Notes: generated from the letters alone by a model not told the origin. 47,900 bases of DNA from an uncultured Lachnospiraceae bacterium (GCA_910583815.1 CAJTZB010000001.1:1-47900), one strand, 5' to 3'; shown: positions 7,588-15,022, counted from the stretch's first letter. Numbers and translations are program-made.

Positions 7588-8366
7588 TGGAAAAAGGCAG
7601 CAGGAAAATGATAGAAGAAAAACAAATTGTGATAGACATAAAGCATATCAGTATGCAGTTTCGGATTGCAAAAGAGGCGTCAGGAAGTTTAAAAGAATTC
7701 CTGATTCGGATGGTTGGGAGGCAGAACAGTTATCAGACGATAAGCGTATTGGATGACATCAGCTTTCAGGCGAAGGAAGGTGATGTTATTGGGATTATCG
7801 GAACAAATGGCTCTGGAAAAAGTACGTTACTAAAGATTGTCTCAGGGGCATTGCAGCCGACAAGCGGAACAGTCATGGTAGACCGAAGCAAAGTACAGCT
7901 TTTAACACTTGGTACCGGTTTTGATATGGAACTGACAGCAAGAGAAAATGTATATCTGAATGGTGCGCTTATCGGCTACAGTAAGGAGTACTTGGATAGA
8001 ACATATGATGAAATTGTGGCTTTTGCCGAACTGGAAGGATTTATGGGGGAACGGATGAAGAATTTTTCTTCTGGTATGGTATCGCGGCTTGGTTTTGCGA
8101 TTGCCACAATGAGGGATACGCCGGAGATTCTGATTTTGGACGAAGTGCTGAGTGTTGGTGACATGTTCTTCCGAAAAAAGAGCGAGCAAAGGATCCAAGA
8201 GATGATACATGGCGGTGCGACCGTGCTGATTGTGTCGCATTCATTGGATGTTATTTTGAAAAACTGCAATTATGCAGTCTGGATTGAAAAAGGAAAGTTA
8301 CAGATGGCAGGTGCTGTAAAAGAAGTATGCGAGGGGTATAGAGGATACCAGAACAGAAAGAAATAG
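7587..8366 (+). CDS. ABC transporter ATP-binding protein (Wzt/TagH-like, no C-terminal carbohydrate-binding extension)
   Basis: Walker A GTNGSGKST, signature FSSGMVSRLGFA, Walker B ILILDE. The start is either GTG 7587 (overlapping the upstream stop) or ATG 7608. Confidence 0.85.
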   Translation: MEKGSRKMIEEKQIVIDIKHISMQFRIAKEASGSLKEFLIRMVGRQNSYQTISVLDDISFQAKEGDVIGIIGTNGSGKSTLLKIVSGALQPTSGTVMVDRSKVQLLTLGTGFDMELTARENVYLNGALIGYSKEYLDRTYDEIVAFAELEGFMGERMKNFSSGMVSRLGFAIATMRDTPEILILDEVLSVGDMFFRKKSEQRIQEMIHGGATVLIVSHSLDVILKNCNYAVWIEKGKLQMAGAVKEVCEGYRGYQNRKK

Positions 8367-8390
8367 AAGAACTACAGGAGGAAAAGTGAA

Positions 8391-8501
8391 ATGGGGACGG
8401 GAAAAAACAAAAAAGGGAAAATAAGGGAATTCGGGGGGGGGCAGAGATGTGGAAGAAAATGTAATCTATCCGAAGCTTTCGGTGATTGTACCGGTATATA
8501 A
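8391..8501 (+). other. 36-codon out-of-frame leader ORF that begins at the only good RBS/ATG upstream of the 1035-aa gene and runs through the G9 tract
   Basis: AGGAGG 8376-8381, ATG 8391, reads MGTGKNKKGKIREFGGGQRCGRKCNLSEAFGDCTGI, stop TAA 8499-8501. Removing one G would put it in frame with 8449-11556. Confidence 0.4.
8433..8441 (+). repeat. homopolymeric G9 tract (candidate slipped-strand phase-variation site)
   Basis: Direct read: tcGGGGGGGGGcagag. Confidence 0.9.
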
Positions 8502-11500
8502 TACGGAAAAATATATAGAAAACTGTCTGAACAGCATTAGCAGGCAGACATATCAGGATATGGAAGTCATCGTAGTGAATGATGGAAGCACAGATGGCTC
8601 TGCAGATATTATAGATCGTCTGATGCAAAAAGACAAGCGTATCAGATGTATTGCCAAAGAGAAAAATGGAGGGCTTTTTTGTGCAAGAGTCACAGGTGTG
8701 GAAAACTCTTTGGGAAAGTATATCGCTTTTGTAGACAGCGATGATACAGTCAGTGTGGATTGGTTTCGGCTTCTTGTGAAAAAAGCAGAAGAGACTGAAG
8801 CAGACATTGTTATGGGAAACACCGTTTGTGAAGATGAGAAACACAATAAATATATTTACAACACTTATTATTTTGCTGCGCGGTCAAGAGAGGATGTGCA
8901 TGGAGAGGCAGTCTTGGATTCTTTGATGGAAAATGAAGGAATGTGCTTTTCTAAGCATACCGTCTGGAACAAGCTGTATTCAAGAAGGATATGGGAACAG
9001 GCCCTGCCGCATTTCAGAATGATAAAACAGCATTTTGTTATGACAGAAGATATAGCATTTTCTGTAGTGCTTCATTATTATGCAAAAAAGCTGGCATATT
9101 CCAGACACGATGGATATTTCTATTATCGTAATGGAAGTTCTTCCACGATTGCAGTCAATGGATTGGAAAAGATAAAGAAAAATGTGAAAGACTTAAAGAA
9201 ATCTTTTTCCTTTGTGAAAGCATTTCTTCAGGAAAAAGAAGTATTTGAAAAATATGAAAAGAAATATCAAAACCTGAAAGACAGATATTTCAGATGGTGG
9301 AGTTATTCAGTAAAAAAGAATACAGAAGAAAAGTCAAAGGAAGCACAGTATGTCAGAAAGGATTTTCTTGCGTTTTTTGGAAAAACAGAGTTTGAAACTC
9401 CCAAAGAAGAGGATGATTTTTTTACAGATGCATACACAACATGGAATGGACAGTATGAGCAGTTAAAACTCTCGATTTTAGATGCAGCAATAGAATATGT
9501 TTCTTTTGATATTTTTGACACATTGATACTGCGGCCGTTTTTGGAACCAACAGATTTATATTTTTTTATGGAAAAGGAATTCAAGTCGCTGGTTCCGGGA
9601 AATCTTTCGTTTCATGAAGTAAGGGCTGATGCAGAACGTCTGTGCCGTAAAAATATAAAAATATGGGCTCCGAGCAGTCAGGATGTTACTTTGCAGGAAA
9701 TTTATGAACAGATGAGAAAGAGGTATCAATTTTCTGAGGATGTATGCAGACGCCTAATGAAAAAGGAGGAAGAGTTAGAGATTAAATTCTGCACGGAAAG
9801 AAAAGCAGGAAAAGAACTATATGAGATGGCACATGCTGCTGGAAAGAAAATTATTTTGATTTCGGACATGTATTTGGAGGAGGAAACAGTAAATGCTATT
9901 TTGCAGAAGAACGGATATACATTGCATGAAAAGCTGTTTTTGTCTTCCACGGAGCGATATTTAAAGTGTTCGGGCGATTTATTTAAAATTGCATTGCAGA
10001 CATGTCAGGTTCGGCCAGAAAGCATGCTGCATATTGGAGACAATTGGAATTCTGATTATCTGCAGCCGCCAAAGCTTGGCTGCAAATCGTTTTTTCTGCC
10101 AAAAACAAAGGATATTTTATTTAATACGCTTGGAGATGCTTATACTGGTGAGGCAATCAGTGCTACTTTTAATAATATCAATTCCATCATTGATACTTCC
10201 GCCATTATGAAAAATCCAATGGTACGTTCTTTATATGCGTTGGCTGCAAATGAGCTGTTTGACAATCCGTTTGTCTCGTTCAATTCAGCTTCAAACTATA
10301 ACAGGGATGCCTATTTTGTCGGCTATTTTACAGTGGGAATGCATTTGCTTGGGATTGGAAGATGGATGGCAAAAGAGCTGTGCAGAAGTAATTATGAAAA
10401 GGTTCATTTTATTGCAAGAGATGGTTATCTGCCTAAAAAAGTATATGACATTATCAGGAAGTACGAAACAGGTTTACCACCATCAGAATATATCTATGCA
10501 AGCAGGAAATCAATGATAGCAGCGTCAATACGTTCAAGCCTTGATTTATATAGTATCAAAGAAAACTGTTCTATTTACAGCCAGACACCAAAATCTATTT
10601 ATAAGTTATATGCGGACGTACTTGTGCCATTGGATGATGAGGTGCTTGGAAAGTTTAAAAAGCTGGGTATTTTATTTGATAGGAAATTTGCCAATGAAGA
10701 GGAGTTTCAGTTTTTTGTGGAACAGCTTGCAGAGATTGCTTATGACAAACAAAGGGCAGAAGAAAGTTATCAGAGCTGCAGCCGGTATTTTAAAGACAGA
10801 ATAGGGGAAGCGGACGTTGCGTTTGACTTGGGCTACAGCGGAAAGCTTCAGGCTTCTGTCTGCAGGGCGCTTGGATTTCCGATGGACGTGCTCTATCTGC
10901 ATTCTAACGGATTTGGAGCAACGCAGCAGGCGCGGTTTCACGGATACCATATCAAGAGCTATTATGATTTTGACACTTCGATGTCCGGTATTGTAAATGA
11001 GTTTATTTTTTCGGACTATGGTCCTTCTTGCATTGGCTACCGGATGGAGCAAGGGAAGGCTGTGCCGGTATTTGAGGAGAAAGAAACGGCATATCAGGAA
11101 AAATATCTGTTGGATGAAATTGCAAGAGGGTGCGAAAAGTATGTCGGGGATTTTTATAAAATATTTCAGGAACAGCTTTCTTTCTTCGATTTTCGCATTA
11201 TGGAGACATCGCTTCCATATGAGCGTTTTTTGATGAATCCGAAGTGGTTTGACCTGAATCTGCTGAAGTGCTGTTATCTGGAGGATGAATATTATGGGGG
11301 AATCAGCAGAAAGCGCCTTTCGGACCATTGGTGGTGGCAGATGAACCAACGCTGCCTTCTTGCGGAAAACATGCAGCAGAACAGTGGGATTGCCGTACCT
11401 TTAAATGCAGATTCGGAATTGGGGCAGATCTATCAGGATGGAGTATTTGTTGCTGTTTACCGGAAAATCAACAGGCTGTTTCCGCTTGGAAGCAGGAGGC

Positions 11501-11556
11501 GCGAATTTTTAAAGAAGATTGGCGGGAAGGTGGCAGGGCAAAGAAAAAGAACATAG
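8449..11556 (+). CDS. three-domain protein: GT2 glycosyltransferase, HAD-like hydrolase domain, and an uncharacterised C-terminal domain
   Basis: GT2: LSVIVPVYNTEKYI...VVNDGSTDGS...FVDSDD. HAD-like: VSFDIFDTLILRP (nt 9508-9522), ILISDMY, HIGDNWNSD. C-terminal: FIARDGY (10414-10428) and DLGYSGKLQ. As assembled, the only start is GTG 8449 with no clear SD. Confidence 0.8.
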   Translation: MEENVIYPKLSVIVPVYNTEKYIENCLNSISRQTYQDMEVIVVNDGSTDGSADIIDRLMQKDKRIRCIAKEKNGGLFCARVTGVENSLGKYIAFVDSDDTVSVDWFRLLVKKAEETEADIVMGNTVCEDEKHNKYIYNTYYFAARSREDVHGEAVLDSLMENEGMCFSKHTVWNKLYSRRIWEQALPHFRMIKQHFVMTEDIAFSVVLHYYAKKLAYSRHDGYFYYRNGSSSTIAVNGLEKIKKNVKDLKKSFSFVKAFLQEKEVFEKYEKKYQNLKDRYFRWWSYSVKKNTEEKSKEAQYVRKDFLAFFGKTEFETPKEEDDFFTDAYTTWNGQYEQLKLSILDAAIEYVSFDIFDTLILRPFLEPTDLYFFMEKEFKSLVPGNLSFHEVRADAERLCRKNIKIWAPSSQDVTLQEIYEQMRKRYQFSEDVCRRLMKKEEELEIKFCTERKAGKELYEMAHAAGKKIILISDMYLEEETVNAILQKNGYTLHEKLFLSSTERYLKCSGDLFKIALQTCQVRPESMLHIGDNWNSDYLQPPKLGCKSFFLPKTKDILFNTLGDAYTGEAISATFNNINSIIDTSAIMKNPMVRSLYALAANELFDNPFVSFNSASNYNRDAYFVGYFTVGMHLLGIGRWMAKELCRSNYEKVHFIARDGYLPKKVYDIIRKYETGLPPSEYIYASRKSMIAASIRSSLDLYSIKENCSIYSQTPKSIYKLYADVLVPLDDEVLGKFKKLGILFDRKFANEEEFQFFVEQLAEIAYDKQRAEESYQSCSRYFKDRIGEADVAFDLGYSGKLQASVCRALGFPMDVLYLHSNGFGATQQARFHGYHIKSYYDFDTSMSGIVNEFIFSDYGPSCIGYRMEQGKAVPVFEEKETAYQEKYLLDEIARGCEKYVGDFYKIFQEQLSFFDFRIMETSLPYERFLMNPKWFDLNLLKCCYLEDEYYGGISRKRLSDHWWWQMNQRCLLAENMQQNSGIAVPLNADSELGQIYQDGVFVAVYRKINRLFPLGSRRREFLKKIGGKVAGQRKRT

Positions 11557-11570
11557 AAGGAGGATAGTGC

Positions 11571-13085
11571 ATGGTTTTATATTTTGTAAAAACAACATAT
11601 CAATTGTTGGAGTGCATCATACATAAATTCACGGTACATGAAGCAGAAGATGCAGTGCTGCTTATAAATAATGGCCATGTGAAAAATTATCCAAATTATG
11701 AACAGCTAGAACAGTTTGGATTTAAAAAAATTATTATTTATACCACAGGAAAAATCACAAGTAAGGAAACAGATGACAAGAGGAAATTTGTAAATGATAT
11801 TGTGAAGTATTACGATGAGCTGTTTGAGAAGGATTCTATTGATTTGGATATGATGTCATGTATTTATTCTTTTGCTGCATTGCGCTTTAGTATTTATTTG
11901 ATAGAGAAAAAAAAGAAATTTTTCTTGTTTGAAGATGGGGTAGGGGCAGCGAAGACTTTAGGATTGGTTTTGTGGAGAGAAAATCTAGATAAAGTTGATA
12001 AAAATGCATTGGCAAGGAAATATGGGCTCTTTGATGGAAGCAATAGCTTAATATCTAATATCTACTATAATCCGTCTAAAGGAATTTTAGATAACAGTAA
12101 GGCAGTTTTTTATGATGTGTCAAAAGAGCTAGAAAAACTATCAGAAGAAAGGAGAGATAGTATTATTTCGTTTTTCTCCAAAGAGCATACCAAGAGGCAG
12201 CAAGAGGTTGATAATTTAGTTTTATTCCGGCATTGCTATGCCGGAAGTGAAAGCTTTGACAGCCAGCAAAGCAGTCTGTTGGAGTTTGTTTTGGATTGGT
12301 TTGGGGTAGAGGGAAATTTTGTTGTGAAGACGCATCCGATGGATATGGCTCACTACAAGGAATACCCTAATGTAGAGTGGATTGACAGACAGCTTCCCTC
12401 GGAATTATTGCCATATGTGATTGGAGATAAAGTAATAAATCTAATCGCTGTAGCTACGACGTCATTTTATTCATTTAGTGAAAGGGCTTTTAGGACTTGC
12501 TATCTCAGTTATGATGTGGCTGAAATGAAAAGGGGAATAAGCAGGGAAGTTATGGCATTAAAGCTTATCAGGGAAGTGGGATTAGAAAAGCATGTTTTTT
12601 CAATATATGGTATGTATACTCAAATTTCCAAAATAGTTATTGAAAAATATTATCAGAAAGATGTGAATGTACTATGGGGGAACTTTGGGACAAATGAAAA
12701 AGAAGTGCTGCTGATTGACGAACTGATCTGGGGAAAACAGAAGAATGACTGCAAAAAAGAATTAAACAGGTTTATGCGGCGATGCGATGCAGAATCAATA
12801 GTTGTATTTCTTGATTCAAAAGGCAATATGGAGTTTTGTAAATGTATAGATGAGGAAATGTTTCCATATATGCTGAGCTATCATATTGAGTATGATTTTG
12901 CCTATGGCACAAAGCTTAGTGAATATATACATATATGGTGTAAAAGCGATATGCTGAGAAAACGTTTAGCTTATGCAAGAAGTATAAAATTTCTTCCGTT
13001 TACTCAGACCGTTGTGAGGATTTCTATTGCAGAAGGATGGGAGAGGATAAAAATGCAGAGCCGGATTGCGATGGAGAAACTTTGA
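11571..13085 (+). CDS. putative CMP-sugar-dependent glycosyltransferase, sialyltransferase-like (GT52-like motifs), with a ~200-aa C-terminal extension
   Basis: LFEDGVG (EDG at 11931-11939) and VVKTHPMD (HP at 12333-12338) lie 134 aa apart. The N-terminus is MVLYFVKTTYQLLECIIHKF. It sits next to two cytidylyltransferase genes and is visibly more AT-rich than its neighbours. Confidence 0.5.
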   Translation: MVLYFVKTTYQLLECIIHKFTVHEAEDAVLLINNGHVKNYPNYEQLEQFGFKKIIIYTTGKITSKETDDKRKFVNDIVKYYDELFEKDSIDLDMMSCIYSFAALRFSIYLIEKKKKFFLFEDGVGAAKTLGLVLWRENLDKVDKNALARKYGLFDGSNSLISNIYYNPSKGILDNSKAVFYDVSKELEKLSEERRDSIISFFSKEHTKRQQEVDNLVLFRHCYAGSESFDSQQSSLLEFVLDWFGVEGNFVVKTHPMDMAHYKEYPNVEWIDRQLPSELLPYVIGDKVINLIAVATTSFYSFSERAFRTCYLSYDVAEMKRGISREVMALKLIREVGLEKHVFSIYGMYTQISKIVIEKYYQKDVNVLWGNFGTNEKEVLLIDELIWGKQKNDCKKELNRFMRRCDAESIVVFLDSKGNMEFCKCIDEEMFPYMLSYHIEYDFAYGTKLSEYIHIWCKSDMLRKRLAYARSIKFLPFTQTVVRISIAEGWERIKMQSRIAMEKL

Positions 13086-13102
13086 TGGAAGAGGGAGATG
13101 TT

Positions 13103-13435
13103 ATGTACTATATGGAATACAAAGAAATCGGAAGGCGGATTGCAGAAAGGCGGAAAAAACTCCGCATGACTCAGGCAGAGGTAGAGGACAGGGCAAATTT
13201 AAGCCGCAAGTATTTATCCAATATTGAACATGGACGTTCTGTTCCTTCCATTGATGTCCTGATGCAGATTGCAGATGTGTTACATAGTACGCCAAATGAA
13301 TTTTTGCTTGGGGCAGACTTGACAGGCAGGTCAGAACTGGCTGCCGCACTGACTTCCGATATCCAGCGTCTGTCAGAGGATAAGCAGGCAATAGCGAAGA
13401 GCTTTATTGGCTGGCTGGAAGAACAGCAGTCGTAA
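13103..13435 (+). CDS. XRE-family transcriptional regulator embedded in the glycan locus
   Basis: IGRRIAERRKKLRMTQAEVEDRANLSRKYLSNIEHGRSVPSIDVLMQIADVLHSTPNEFL. GAGGGAG 13091-13097 precedes ATG 13103. Confidence 0.8.
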   Translation: MYYMEYKEIGRRIAERRKKLRMTQAEVEDRANLSRKYLSNIEHGRSVPSIDVLMQIADVLHSTPNEFLLGADLTGRSELAAALTSDIQRLSEDKQAIAKSFIGWLEEQQS

Positions 13436-13470
13436 ATCATAGTGATCAATACTGAGAGGAGGAAAGGAAA

Positions 13471-14202
13471 ATGGAAAAGAAGGAAACAAATGTTCGATGG
13501 GGGGGGGTAACGGCTGTTATTCCGGTTAGGGCCGGAAGCAGGCGCCTGAAAAATAAAAATGTAGCCCCATTCGCAGGGACAAATCTTTTGCTGAATAAAA
13601 TTGAACAGCTGAAAAAGGTATCAGAGGTAGAACGCATTGTTGTTACTTCTGATTCTGACATGATGCTCGCAATGGCAGAACAGGCAGGGGCGCTGATACA
13701 TAAACGTGCACCTGAGTTTTGTGACGAATCTACCAAAACGTTTGGAGAAGTAGTACGCCATGTAGCAGAAAATGTACAAGGAGAGCATATTCTTTGGGCG
13801 ACCTGTACTTCGCCGCTTGTGTTTCCGTCTACCTATGAGCAGGCAATTGCAAAGTATTGGGAAGCACTTGAAGCAGGGTATGACTCTTTGGTTTCGTTTG
13901 AAAGAATCAAGCGTTATCTTTGGAATGAAGAAGGACCGCTTAATTATGAACTTGGACTGAAACACGTGCCTTCACAGCAGCTGCCTGACCTTTATATTGT
14001 AACCGATGGAATTTTACTTGCTCCGCGTGAAAAAATGATAGAGTGGTCTTATTTCCACGGAAGGAATCCATACAAGTTCATTGTAGACAAGCGTACTGCT
14101 ATGGATATTGATGATGGGCTTGATTTGGCGACCGCCAGGGCATGGCTTGACATGGATGAGAGCGTATCTCATATTGAGCCTTTTTCCAAAGGAACGATGT
14201 AA
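13471..14202 (+). CDS. cytidylyltransferase of the CMP-NeuAc/CMP-Kdo synthetase superfamily (CTP_transf_3-like)
   Basis: VTAVIPVRAGSRRLKNKNVAPFAGTNLL...VVTSDSD...HILWATCTSPL. AGGAGG precedes ATG 13471. Codons 10-13 contain the G9 tract. Confidence 0.8.
   Translation: MEKKETNVRWGGVTAVIPVRAGSRRLKNKNVAPFAGTNLLLNKIEQLKKVSEVERIVVTSDSDMMLAMAEQAGALIHKRAPEFCDESTKTFGEVVRHVAENVQGEHILWATCTSPLVFPSTYEQAIAKYWEALEAGYDSLVSFERIKRYLWNEEGPLNYELGLKHVPSQQLPDLYIVTDGILLAPREKMIEWSYFHGRNPYKFIVDKRTAMDIDDGLDLATARAWLDMDESVSHIEPFSKGTM
13499..13507 (+). repeat. homopolymeric G9 tract inside codons 10-13 of the cytidylyltransferase (in frame as assembled)
   Basis: Direct read: cgatGGGGGGGGGtaacg, translating ...RWGGV... 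Confidence 0.9.
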
Positions 14203-14297
14203 TCAGCAGCAAAAGAAATCCTCACGAATGGATGAAAATATCCGTCTGTGGGGATTTTTGTTTCCCGGAGACGGCAAACAGCCGAGGAGGGAAGATA

Positions 14298-14957
14298 ATG
14301 AGAGCAGCATGCTTTATACCAATTAAAGCAAATTCGGAACGTGTTCCGGGAAAGAACTTCAGAATACTGAATGGAAAAAAGCTATATGAGTACATAGTGG
14401 CGCATGCAATAGAAGCCGCCTGCTTTGATGATATTTATATTGATACAAACAGTGAGGAAATCAAGGATTATGCTTTGGAACGAGGACTGTCTGTTATTGA
14501 CCGCCTAGATACTCTGGCTCAAAATACAGCAAATGGAAATGACCTTCTTGTTTATCATGGAAAGCAATATCCGCAATATGATTATTATTTTCAGCTATTT
14601 GCAACTGCACCGTATTTACAGCCGGAATCTATCAGAAACTGTTTTGAAGCATTGGTTTCCAGCGAAGAATACGATTCCTGCTTTACTGCATTGCAGAACA
14701 ACAGCTTTTATTGGCTGAATCACATGCCGATTAATTACAGACCGGGGATTTTGCCACGCAGTCAGGATATGGTGCCGGTTGTAGAAGAAACTACCGGCAT
14801 GTATGGAATCAGTAAAGATTCTCTTGGAAAATACCAATGCAGAATCGGCAGGAATCCATATATTTATTATGTCAGTAAGTTTGAAGCAGTGGATATCAAT
14901 ACAGAGGAAGATTTGCTGATAGCAGAGTATATTGGGAAACAGTACTGGAATATGTAA
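14298..14957 (+). CDS. second cytidylyltransferase paralogue (acylneuraminate cytidylyltransferase-like family)
   Basis: MRAACFIPIKANSERVPGKNFRILNGKKLYEYIVAHAIEAACFDDIYIDTNSEEI. GAGGAGGG precedes ATG 14298. Confidence 0.8.
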   Translation: MRAACFIPIKANSERVPGKNFRILNGKKLYEYIVAHAIEAACFDDIYIDTNSEEIKDYALERGLSVIDRLDTLAQNTANGNDLLVYHGKQYPQYDYYFQLFATAPYLQPESIRNCFEALVSSEEYDSCFTALQNNSFYWLNHMPINYRPGILPRSQDMVPVVEETTGMYGISKDSLGKYQCRIGRNPYIYYVSKFEAVDINTEEDLLIAEYIGKQYWNM

Positions 14958-15022
14958 GAGGTTGAAAGCCGTCAGTTCAGCAGGAAAGAGAGGAGTTTTT
15001 CAGTATACCCTTGCCAAATGAC

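Noticed and set aside
10672-11349. 225-aa minus-strand ORF. The same applies to 4008-4520, 8251-8844, 29820-30470, 40675-41220, 24750-25220, 21821-22294 and the other antisense or alternate-frame ORFs in the track.
   Set aside because: All are embedded in or antisense to well-supported genes (glycosyltransferases, pheT, rpmI/rplT, YihY and others). They lack Shine-Dalgarno sequences and have the skewed composition typical of shadow ORFs.
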